Positions 1 through 7,565 of a DNA stretch of 64,000 bases are shown here, one piece after another. The notes under the pieces are model-generated. The model saw only the letters and a program-made list of their open reading frames with translations. It was not told where the DNA came from and did no database searches. Made by a program: the position numbers and the translations under genes. Positions within the stretch are counted from its first letter, which is position 1. The number at the start of each line of letters is the position of its first letter. The stretch covers positions 62,001 to 126,000 of the forward strand of contig JAXGZF010000004.1 of NCBI GenBank assembly GCA_040771865.1. The letters are read 5' to 3'. The stretch comes from Desulfobacterales bacterium (GTDB taxonomy: Bacteria > Desulfobacterota > Desulfobacteria > Desulfobacterales > UBA2245).

Positions 1-1
1 C

Positions 2-487
2 GATGGCGGCCACCGGAATCTTGACTGAATTCATGATGTTTTGCAGACCGTCTATTCCGATCACCGGAGCGTCGGCCTTGGTCGCCGTGGAAAAAACCGC
101 GCCGGCGCCCAGATAATCCGCTCCGGCGCTTTCGGCAATTCTGGCCTGCTCTGCGTTGTCCACGGAAACGCCGACGATCATGTTCGGCGGCGCCTTTTGA
201 ATCACGCGGCGGTAGTGCTCGTCTTCCTGGCCGATGTGAATGCCGTGGGCTTCCAGCCCCAGGGCGACATCGACCCGGTCGTTGACGATCAGCACCGCGC
301 CCTCGAAACGTCTGACCCGATCGAGCATGGCCCGGCCCAGTTCGAAGAACCGCTGATCATCCAGTTTTTTCTCCCGAAGCTGAATGATCCTGGCGCCGGC
401 CTGTAGCAGCCGGTCGCACAGCTCCAAAGTATCGGCAAAGCAATACATGCCGGAAAGTTTATGAATGAAATGATTTTTTAAATTCAT
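2..487 (-). CDS. thiE: Thiamine-phosphate synthase, 3' end outside the window
   Basis: Hand translation from the ATG at 487: MNLKNHF...GARIIQLREK...LIVNDRVDVA...GIHIGQED...IVGVS...GADYLGAGAVFSTATK. These are the ThiE QLREK, NDR, GxHxGQxD and TxTK motifs. Absent from the ORF track because the frame runs off the edge. Confidence 0.93.
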   Translation of the reverse strand, partial: MNLKNHFIHKLSGMYCFADTLELCDRLLQAGARIIQLREKKLDDQRFFELGRAMLDRVRRFEGAVLIVNDRVDVALGLEAHGIHIGQEDEHYRRVIQKAPPNMIVGVSVDNAEQARIAESAGADYLGAGAVFSTATKADAPVIGIDGLQNIMNSVKIPVAAI

Positions 488-570
488 GGCGCCCGCCTTT
501 TCACTTTTTCCGGAAAACCCGATTCTCCGGAAGTTTGCCGATGTTTCAACTTTCTCGACAAGTGTGGGTT

Positions 571-599
571 TTGACTTTCAAAATCAATGATAGTATAAA
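571..599 (+). promoter_or_regulatory. Putative sigma70 promoter for the thioesterase/CNT/nucleotidase run
   Basis: TTGACT (571-576), 17-bp spacer, TATAAA (594-599) in a divergent intergenic region. Confidence 0.55.
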
Positions 600-820
600 A
601 AACGACCGTTGATCATCTACCATATTTAGGGTCAGGATGTGAAAACATTTCCGAATTTCGAGTTTTGTTCATGAAGCGAGTCGCTTTTCTTCGAACCGCC
701 GAATCATACAGGGAGCGGCTGCCCGCGGTTTCGCCCTGTTTGACATGGGAATCGCCAGCGAGTTTTTCGCAGCTGGAAAGAAAATCAGGAAAAGTTTCTG
801 CCAACAGGTGAAGAAAACAA

Positions 821-1252
821 ATGACGCAACCGCACGACGCCAATATTGAATACGCCCGCAAGGTGGTGGCCGAAGATCCCATGGCCGTTTTTCTGGGCAT
901 CAAACTTGAGGCAATCGACCTGGCTTACAGCCGCCTGTCCCTGGAAATCAGACCGGAATATCTCAACGCAGTGGACCGGGCCCACGGCATGGCGATTTCC
1001 TGTCTGGTGGATCAGGCCGTGGCCGTGGCTTCCAACACAACTCAATTTCAAACGCTGACCGTGGAGCTGAAAATCAATTTTCTGGCTGCGGCGCTTCCCG
1101 GAGACACGATCGTTGCTGAAGCGCGGCCGCTGGATATGAAGCGCAGCCTGAGTCTCTGGGAGGTCGTAGTTCAGGATTCAAGGCAAAACCGGGTGGCCGT
1201 CGCCCAGGCGCTCGCCTATCACCGGCCAAAAGACAACAAACGCTCAGGATGA
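821..1252 (+). CDS. PaaI-family hotdog-fold thioesterase
   Basis: N...AHGMAISCLVD, TVELKINFLAAA.PGDTIVAEA, VAVAQALAY; 143 aa. Confidence 0.88.
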   Translation: MTQPHDANIEYARKVVAEDPMAVFLGIKLEAIDLAYSRLSLEIRPEYLNAVDRAHGMAISCLVDQAVAVASNTTQFQTLTVELKINFLAAALPGDTIVAEARPLDMKRSLSLWEVVVQDSRQNRVAVAQALAYHRPKDNKRSG

Positions 1253-1353
1253 TTCCGGAAAAACATTCGAACAGAATCCACCCCGAATCGCCGATTATTG
1301 ATCCGCATCGATGCCGAGCGCATCGAAATGAACTTGAACCCTTTCCGGAGTGA

Positions 1354-1542
1354 ATGGTTATGCCGATTCGTCTGATTGCAAAAGATCTGTACCGGCTGAT
1401 TAAGGAAGTCGAAAAAGTCCAGGAACAGATCGAAACCGCCCGTCCCGAACAGCTTGAAAAGCTCAAAGACCGGCTTCGAAGACTGACTGCCGAACGGGAT
1501 CGCATGCGCGGCATTCTGGAAGGAAGCAAGGAAAAAAAATGA
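1354..1542 (+). CDS. Small coiled-coil hypothetical protein
   Basis: GGAG RBS, charged helical sequence, stop overlaps the next ATG (ATGA). The start may be 1360. Confidence 0.75.
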   Translation: MVMPIRLIAKDLYRLIKEVEKVQEQIETARPEQLEKLKDRLRRLTAERDRMRGILEGSKEKK

Positions 1543-2795
1543 TTTCAGCAATGGGACATGGAATCCTGGGCCTGGCGGGCCTGATCGCAATGGCTTGGTT
1601 TTTTTCCGAAAACCGCAAAGCGATCGCCTGGAAGACGGTCATGGCCGCCCTGGCCCTTCAACTCGTCCTGGCCCTGGTTCTGCTCAAATTCCCCGGTTCC
1701 AGGCAGATATTTGCGGTGCTCAACGGCCTGGTTTTTTCCCTCGAAAAAGCCACGATGGAGGGCACCTCCTTTGTCTTCGGCTATTTGGGCGGGGCCACGC
1801 CGCCGTTTGCCGCCGAGCATGCCGGCGCCGCCTATATCCTGGCCTTTCGGGGACTTCCCCTGATTCTGGTGGTCAGCGCCCTTTCGGCCCTTCTGTTTTA
1901 CTGGCGGATTCTTCCGGCAATCGTGCGGGCTTTTTCCTGGCTTCTGAAACGATCCCTGGGCATCGGCGGTGCCGAAGGCCTGGCCGCGGCCGCCAATGTA
2001 TTTGTGGGCATGGTGGAATCGCCCCTGCTCATTCGTCCCTATCTTGGAGAACTGCGCCGCGCTGAGCTTTTTTCGCTCATGACCTGCGGCATGGCCACCA
2101 TCGCCGGCACCGTCATGGTGCTTTATGCCAGCATTCTCAAGGAGGCCGTTCCGGACGCTCTCGGACACCTTCTGGTCGCATCGATCATCAGCGCGCCGGC
2201 TGCCATCGGAATAGCCCGGATCATGGTTCCCAATGTGTCCGGCGATCTGACGGCGGCCGAGGTTTCAGCGCCGACCCCCGCTCGAAGCTCCATGGAAGCC
2301 GTCACCAATGGAACCATCGAAGGCGTCAAGCTTCTGATCAACGTCATTGCCATGCTGGTGGTTCTGGTGGCTCTGGTCGGTCTGATCAACCAGGGGCTCT
2401 CCCGGCTTCCCGCCTTTCTGAACGAGCCCCTGACGCTGCAGCGAATGCTGGGCTGGATCATGGCGCCGGTCGCCTGGCTGGTCGGGATTCCGTGGAATGA
2501 ATGCTTCGAGGCCGGCAGTCTGATGGGCACCAAGACCATTCTCAATGAATTTCTGGCCTATCTTCAAATGGCCGGACTTTCCCCCGAAGCCCTGTCCTCC
2601 CGGTCCCGTCTGATCATGACCTATGCCATGTGCGGATTTGCCAATTTCGGAAGTCTGGGAATCATGATCGGCGGACTGGGCGCAATGGCGCCGGAAAGGC
2701 GCTCCGAGATCGTGTCTCTGGGGCTTAAATCCATTGTCGCAGGAACTCTGGCCACCTTTATGACGGGCGCCATCGTGGGTTTTCTGGTTTTTTGA
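1539..2795 (+). CDS. Concentrative nucleoside transporter (CNT/NupC family)
   Basis: Polytopic membrane protein with FVFG, ANVFVGMVESPL, GMATIAG, NEFLAY and CGFANFGSLGI motifs. Confidence 0.95.
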   Translation: MISAMGHGILGLAGLIAMAWFFSENRKAIAWKTVMAALALQLVLALVLLKFPGSRQIFAVLNGLVFSLEKATMEGTSFVFGYLGGATPPFAAEHAGAAYILAFRGLPLILVVSALSALLFYWRILPAIVRAFSWLLKRSLGIGGAEGLAAAANVFVGMVESPLLIRPYLGELRRAELFSLMTCGMATIAGTVMVLYASILKEAVPDALGHLLVASIISAPAAIGIARIMVPNVSGDLTAAEVSAPTPARSSMEAVTNGTIEGVKLLINVIAMLVVLVALVGLINQGLSRLPAFLNEPLTLQRMLGWIMAPVAWLVGIPWNECFEAGSLMGTKTILNEFLAYLQMAGLSPEALSSRSRLIMTYAMCGFANFGSLGIMIGGLGAMAPERRSEIVSLGLKSIVAGTLATFMTGAIVGFLVF

Positions 2796-2823
2796 GATCG
2801 AAACCATTCTGAAGGATTTTCGA

Positions 2824-4428
2824 ATGCGGGCATTGCGGCTTTCCAGGATTTTCCAAAGCCTTGTATTGATCGTTCTGATCGTTCTGACGGGGTGCGCCAC
2901 GGCGCCTCCGGGTTCAGGGCAGGATGCTCGCAGCATCACCCTGCTGGCCACGGGGGATGTTCACGGTCTGATGGAACCTTCCGATTCCGAATCAGGCAAC
3001 TCCGAAGGAGGCATTGCCCGGATGGCTTCCATCATAAAAGAGGTCCGCGCCAAGAGCGAACATTCGGTTTTCGCGATCTCCACCGGCGACAGCCTGATGG
3101 GCCGGTATTTTCATGTTTTTCGAGGCAGGGCGATTTTCCGGCTGATGACCGCCGCCGGATATGATCTGTACGCCATGGGCAACCATGAATTCGACAAGGG
3201 GCCTCAAGTCCTGGCCGATGCGCTGAAAACAGCGGGTTTTGAAACCCTGTGCACAGACCTGAACCTTTGCCAAACACCTCTGAAGGGGCTCTGCCGGCCT
3301 TGGATCATTCGGAATGTGAACGGAATTGCGGTCGGGTTCTTCTCCCTGATGACCGAGGACTTTCCCCTGGTGACCAGCGGAGCGCCCGTGCGGCTTAAAG
3401 CCGGCAACATCTCATCGGCCCAAAAGGCGGTGGAGGATCTCAGGCAGGCCGGTGCAAAGCTGATCATCGCCGTCAACCATATCGGGCTGGACAAGGATCA
3501 GGCCCTTGCCGAAAGGGTGTCTGGAATCGACCTGATCATCGGCGGGCATTCCCATGATCTGCTTTCCGCTCCGCTGCGCGTTGGCAATACGATGATCGTT
3601 CACACCGGCGAGGGCGGCATTCGAATGGTGCGTCTGGACCTGGCAGTCAACCGCCAGGGCGGCATCGAACCCGGGCGGAGCCGCTACGAATTGATTCCGG
3701 TGGGCGGGTCCGTACCCGAGGATTCAGAGGTGCTGGGAATTCTGAATCAGTACCGCAGCGCCCTGCCCCCGGCGATTGTTCTGGGACGCACCGGCATCGA
3801 GTGGGACCTGACCTCCGATGCGCTCAGAAAAGGAGAATCGCCGGTCGTCAACATGATCAACGACCTTCTGAAAAACAAATTCAGGGCCGACATCGTGTTC
3901 AACAATGCCGGCGCGTTCCGGGGCAAAAGAATCTATCCGCCGGGGCCGGTGACCGATCAGATGCTTCAGGAAATCGACGAGTTTTCAAACGTTGTTTATT
4001 TGGTCAGCCTGAAAGGCCGGGACATTCCGCCGATCCTGGAAAGAAGCGCGGCCAGCTTCGGCGAAGGCGGCCTGCTGCACGCTTCGGGGCTTCGCTACCG
4101 GATCGATCTGAATCAGCCCGCGCAGCAGATCGGCCGGAACGACCGGGGCCAGTGGCAGGTGATTCGAGCGGGAAACCGGGTTTCCGGGGTTCAAGTTCAG
4201 GATGTTCGTGGCGAGTGGCGTGAGTTGAATCCGGATCAGACCTACACGGTGCTCTCCAACGATTTTCTGATCAACCGGGAGGGCGACGGGTATTTCTGGT
4301 TCAAGGAATCGGGGGAAAATTTCAGAGGCATGTATTCGACGATTTATTCCATCCTGGCCGAAGCCATCGGGCAGACCGGCGTTCTGAATCCGGAAAAACC
4401 CGACGGAAGGCTGACAATTCAGCCGTAA
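2824..4428 (+). CDS. 5'-nucleotidase / UDP-sugar hydrolase-type lipoprotein (UshA-like)
   Basis: Lipobox LTGC; metallophosphoesterase motifs DVHG, GD, GNHEFD, GGHSH; C-domain NAGAFR. Confidence 0.92.
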   Translation: MRALRLSRIFQSLVLIVLIVLTGCATAPPGSGQDARSITLLATGDVHGLMEPSDSESGNSEGGIARMASIIKEVRAKSEHSVFAISTGDSLMGRYFHVFRGRAIFRLMTAAGYDLYAMGNHEFDKGPQVLADALKTAGFETLCTDLNLCQTPLKGLCRPWIIRNVNGIAVGFFSLMTEDFPLVTSGAPVRLKAGNISSAQKAVEDLRQAGAKLIIAVNHIGLDKDQALAERVSGIDLIIGGHSHDLLSAPLRVGNTMIVHTGEGGIRMVRLDLAVNRQGGIEPGRSRYELIPVGGSVPEDSEVLGILNQYRSALPPAIVLGRTGIEWDLTSDALRKGESPVVNMINDLLKNKFRADIVFNNAGAFRGKRIYPPGPVTDQMLQEIDEFSNVVYLVSLKGRDIPPILERSAASFGEGGLLHASGLRYRIDLNQPAQQIGRNDRGQWQVIRAGNRVSGVQVQDVRGEWRELNPDQTYTVLSNDFLINREGDGYFWFKESGENFRGMYSTIYSILAEAIGQTGVLNPEKPDGRLTIQP

Positions 4429-4466
4429 AGCCTGTTAAACCTTTCAACCCGAATCGGGAGGGAAAC

Positions 4467-5123
4467 ATGAAAAGGTTGATGTGGATCATGCTCTGCGGGG
4501 CGCTTTTGGCCGGATGCTCCTTCGGCCTGGAATTCAAGATCCGTTTCGATGCCGTTGACGGGCTGGATAAGGAAAGTCGGGTGATTTTCGACAAGAATCC
4601 GATAGGTGCGGTGACAGGGGTTTACTATACAGAGGAGGGCTTTTTTCTGGTTTCCGTGCGGATTGAAAAAGAATTTGAGTCCGCCGTCACCGAGAATTCC
4701 CGCTTTTTTATCGTTGCCGATTCCGGCCGGCCGGCCAAAAAAGCCGTTGAAATGATTCGCGTCGGATCCGGCGGAACGGCCATCAGGCCGGGAAGCGTCA
4801 TTCAGGGCGTCACCAGAACCTCGGCTCTCATGGAACAGATAACGGAAAAGCTGAAAACCCAAATGCATGATTTTGGAAAAAGCCTCAAAGCCTTTTCCGG
4901 AGAAACGGAAAAGGAACCGGAAGGCACCGAAGACAAGGAGTTAAAGTCGCAATGGGACCGCCTGGTCGATGCGGTTCAAAATTTTTTCGCACATATCTGG
5001 AAAACGGCGGAAAAGAAGGTTAATTCGGGGATCAATGAAATCATCGAAATGTTTCGAAGCGTTATGAAGGACGAGACGCCGGAAAAAGGCACAGGCCCGC
5101 AGCAAACCGGTCAGAGGATCTGA
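4467..5123 (+). CDS. MCE/MlaD-domain lipoprotein
   Basis: Lipobox LAGC; IRFDAVDGL...VIF...IGAVTGV MCE pattern; helical C-terminus. Confidence 0.75.
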   Translation: MKRLMWIMLCGALLAGCSFGLEFKIRFDAVDGLDKESRVIFDKNPIGAVTGVYYTEEGFFLVSVRIEKEFESAVTENSRFFIVADSGRPAKKAVEMIRVGSGGTAIRPGSVIQGVTRTSALMEQITEKLKTQMHDFGKSLKAFSGETEKEPEGTEDKELKSQWDRLVDAVQNFFAHIWKTAEKKVNSGINEIIEMFRSVMKDETPEKGTGPQQTGQRI

Positions 5124-5330
5124 CTTTGGAATTGATTTACCGCAAAGCAAACAAAGGACACGAAAATCCGGAATTGACGCCGCGGAACCCTTGCGCCACA
5201 TATTTTCGCGGAATCGAGCGCCGCAAAATTTTCGTGGAGCGCATTGCATTTCAAAACAAACGGTCAACCAACGGGTCAATCAGGTTGAAAAGATGATAAA
5301 AGACATGGGCCTCATGGTTCCGGAATGATT

Positions 5331-5357
5331 CATGTCAATATATCAATGCCCGTCCCC
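5331..5357 (+). repeat. Left 27-bp imperfect inverted repeat ending in GTCCCC
   Basis: CATGTCAATATATCAATGCCCGTCCCC matches the reverse complement of 5912-5938 (CATATCAATATACGAATGCCCGTCCCC) at 24/27. Confidence 0.9.
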
Positions 5358-5437
5358 GAGATGCCGTCCCCGAGATGCCGTCCCCGAGATGCCGTCCCCG
5401 AGATGCCGTCCCCGAGATGCCCGTCCCCGAGATGCCC
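5358..5437 (+). repeat. 14-bp tandem repeat: (GAGATGCCGTCCCC)x4, one 15-bp variant and a partial unit
   Basis: Units at 5358, 5372, 5386 and 5400; GAGATGCCCGTCCCC at 5414-5428; partial unit from 5429. Confidence 0.97.
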
Positions 5438-5672
5438 GCCGTGGCCTCCAGTTGCTCGACGCGCCGCTCCAGCATCTCCACATACCGGCGTACCGGCTCG
5501 GGTGTGGCCAACCAATCAGATTCGCTAAATGGACGCTTGATAGCCATGCCTGATGGTGTAGCATAGTAAAAAATCTAGATTTTTCTGCAATTATTTCAGT
5601 TACTTGCGAATTGGTAAAATTCTTTGCGATTTCAAGGAGTTGGAATCGTCACTCAACCCCGTGAATGCGTAC
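5429..5672 (-). mobile_element. Truncated IS66-like element: left end plus the first ~38 codons of the transposase
   Basis: End-like sequence GTACGCATTCACGGGG starting at 5672 on the minus strand. ATG at 5547 gives MAIKRPFSESDWLATPEPVRRYVEMLERRVEQLE, resembling the coiled-coil N-terminus of single-ORF IS66 transposases. The frame is cut off by the tandem repeat. Confidence 0.65.
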
Positions 5673-5887
5673 GATATATTTTTCTTTTCAATAGTCATTT
5701 TTTGTGTTAGCAAAATTTTTTTGCCGAAGACGAGGATCGCATTCAGGGCCTGCCTCTGAGTAGAAGCCGACACCTTTTCTTCGGCGCCCCGATGGCTCAA
5801 AAAAGATTCGATATGAGGTTTTCCCATTTGGGAGGGATGAGTTTAAAAACCGTGGAGCTTGATGAATCAAACGAACCAGTCGCAATA
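5673..5887 (-). pseudogene. Integron-integrase-type tyrosine recombinase N-terminal (SAM-like) fragment
   Basis: One frame reads YCDWFV*FIKLHGF*THPSQMGKPHIESFLSHRGAEEKVSASTQRQALNAILVF, matching the IntI pattern W..RFI.FH...HP..MG..I..FL.HL.....VSASTQ.QAL.A. Two in-frame stops; no catalytic domain. Confidence 0.85.
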
Positions 5888-5889
5888 GG

Positions 5890-5938
5890 GACTATTAGGG
5901 GACGACTATTAGGGGACGGGCATTCGTATATTGATATG
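5890..5938 (-). repeat. Right inverted repeat (5912-5938) with a 14-bp tandem duplication (GACTATTAGGGGAC)x2
   Basis: Units at 5890-5903 and 5904-5917, running into GGGGACGGGCATTCGTATATTGATATG. Confidence 0.92.
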
Positions 5939-6211
5939 GAAATCTTGATCCCGGATGTTTGGGTATAAATCCGTTGCGTACGGCGGTTTGAGAGGAGGTT
6001 GTTTTCTTTCAGCCGTTTTGCTTTATGCGAAATCGACACGCAACCCGGACATTTCACAATTTTTGATGGCCGATAGTCCTCTAACGCTGATTTCAATGCC
6101 CGGATTGCCTGCGCCTGCAACATTTTGAATGATACGGGCCACGCTTCACAGCGAGATTTTCCGGGAAAGACAGGCAATTCACACTGCCTGAATCAAAGCC
6201 TGTCCGCTGTT

Positions 6212-6907
6212 TTATTTCCGCGCTTTCACAATTACATAAGGACAGGTGGGTACCCGCCGGCATTGGACATCGTGAAAGCCGGCCTGGCGAACGGCGTCAG
6301 CCAGTTGATCCTGAGAAAAGCTCTGTCCGAAGATCACGTGACGCAGACCCCAAAAAAAGAGGCCTTTTGGCACAAAAGGCATGTGAAAACGCGAGGCGAA
6401 TTTTCGAAGGTCTTCATCCGACGCCTCCCGATCCGTTTCCGCGATGATCAGGCATCCGCCGGGTTTTAGGACCCGATGCAGTTCCATCAGTCCCCGGCGG
6501 GAATCGGACCAGTGTTTGATCGATCCTGCGCTGACCGCCGCGTCAAAGGCGGCGTCTTTAAACTGAAGGGACAGGACATCGCTCTGTTGGAAAGAACAGT
6601 TCAAAATGTTTCTCTGCCGGCGGTAGCATTCCGCCCTGCGAACCTGCATCCGGGAGTAATCAATTCCGGTAACGCGGGCCCCCGGGTTTCGGGACGCCAG
6701 CAACAGCGACAGGTAACCCCGGCCTGCGCCCGCATCGATGATCCGCGCTTTATTCTGAACTGCCAGTTCTCCGGCGATGTATTCAAAGAGTTCGGCGATA
6801 GAGTCATATATGCGCCGGTTATAAAGTGATCCCATCACATCCCAGACGATGCGCATGTCGCGCAGCCGGGTTAACAGCATGATGATCCGGGTGTTCAGAC
6901 GGGTCAT
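6212..6907 (-). CDS. Class I SAM-dependent methyltransferase
   Basis: IIDAGAGRG motif I, VTGIDYS, FDAAVS, ELHRVLKPGG; ATG at 6907 has an AAGGA RBS. Confidence 0.88.
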   Translation of the reverse strand: MTRLNTRIIMLLTRLRDMRIVWDVMGSLYNRRIYDSIAELFEYIAGELAVQNKARIIDAGAGRGYLSLLLASRNPGARVTGIDYSRMQVRRAECYRRQRNILNCSFQQSDVLSLQFKDAAFDAAVSAGSIKHWSDSRRGLMELHRVLKPGGCLIIAETDREASDEDLRKFASRFHMPFVPKGLFFWGLRHVIFGQSFSQDQLADAVRQAGFHDVQCRRVPTCPYVIVKARK

Positions 6908-7565
6908 CGGGCAATGTCCTTTTGCGCCGGTGAGGGCGCCATGTTCAAATATGCAGCGATAAAAAAGCTCCAATAATCAGGACAGATAGCGTACGCAATC
7001 CACATTTTGAATCAGGCCGTCATGAGGCAAAATTCTTAAGGTACGGCTGTTTTTCATTGCCGGCAGCCTCCGGATCCTCAAACCATGAGCTGTTTATCAT
7101 GGAAATACATAGGCGTAAATTGTTTCAGCGGGGGTGTGGGGGGTTGACAATTTCATTGTAATTTCAAGCAAAATTGTCGGAAGAGCCTCAAAAATTGCAA
7201 TGGCGCGGAGATATCTGAATAATTCTTACCAGATGCATTTCCAGAAGCAAGCCGGTAACGGAACTCGTTTTTGCTTGTTACCCGGGACTGCCGAAAATAA
7301 ATTATACTCGGGTTTGTCTTGTCTGTCTGAGCTCATCCTCTATGATTCCGGGTTTATCGGAATTTCACCGCCATTGTGTTGACAGAAAAATGCCGCGGCA
7401 TTAAACTCACCGTATCAGGCTGTCATTTCTGGGTTTTTCTGAACCGGTTTTTCGCGAAGCGGCAAGGCAACTGGCGCTTCGCCGCGCTTTGTTCGAAGGC
7501 GACTCAGGTTTTTGACTCACCCGCGCGCGGTGAACAACCTTTGCGGCATGCAGCAAGGATATTGA

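Noticed and set aside
41..406. 121-aa plus-strand ORF at the window start
   Set aside because: It is antisense to thiE, which is the real gene.
488..820. TPP riboswitch upstream of thiE
   Set aside because: No CTGAGA core or other TPP aptamer motif seen on the minus strand.
5347..5437. Tandem repeat as a CRISPR array, or the repeat-derived ORFs (MPSPR..., GDGHL...) as genes
   Set aside because: The units are 14 bp, contiguous and have no unique spacers, and no cas genes are present. The ORFs in all frames are by-products of a stop-free repeat.
5940..6973. Methyltransferase as an integron gene cassette
   Set aside because: No RYYYAAC...GTTRRRY attC structure found around the gene, and the integrase is only a fragment.
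7380..7565. c-di-GMP riboswitch upstream of the diguanylate cyclase
   Set aside because: Only a simple hairpin (GCGAAGCG...CGCTTCGC); the GEMM consensus elements are not present.
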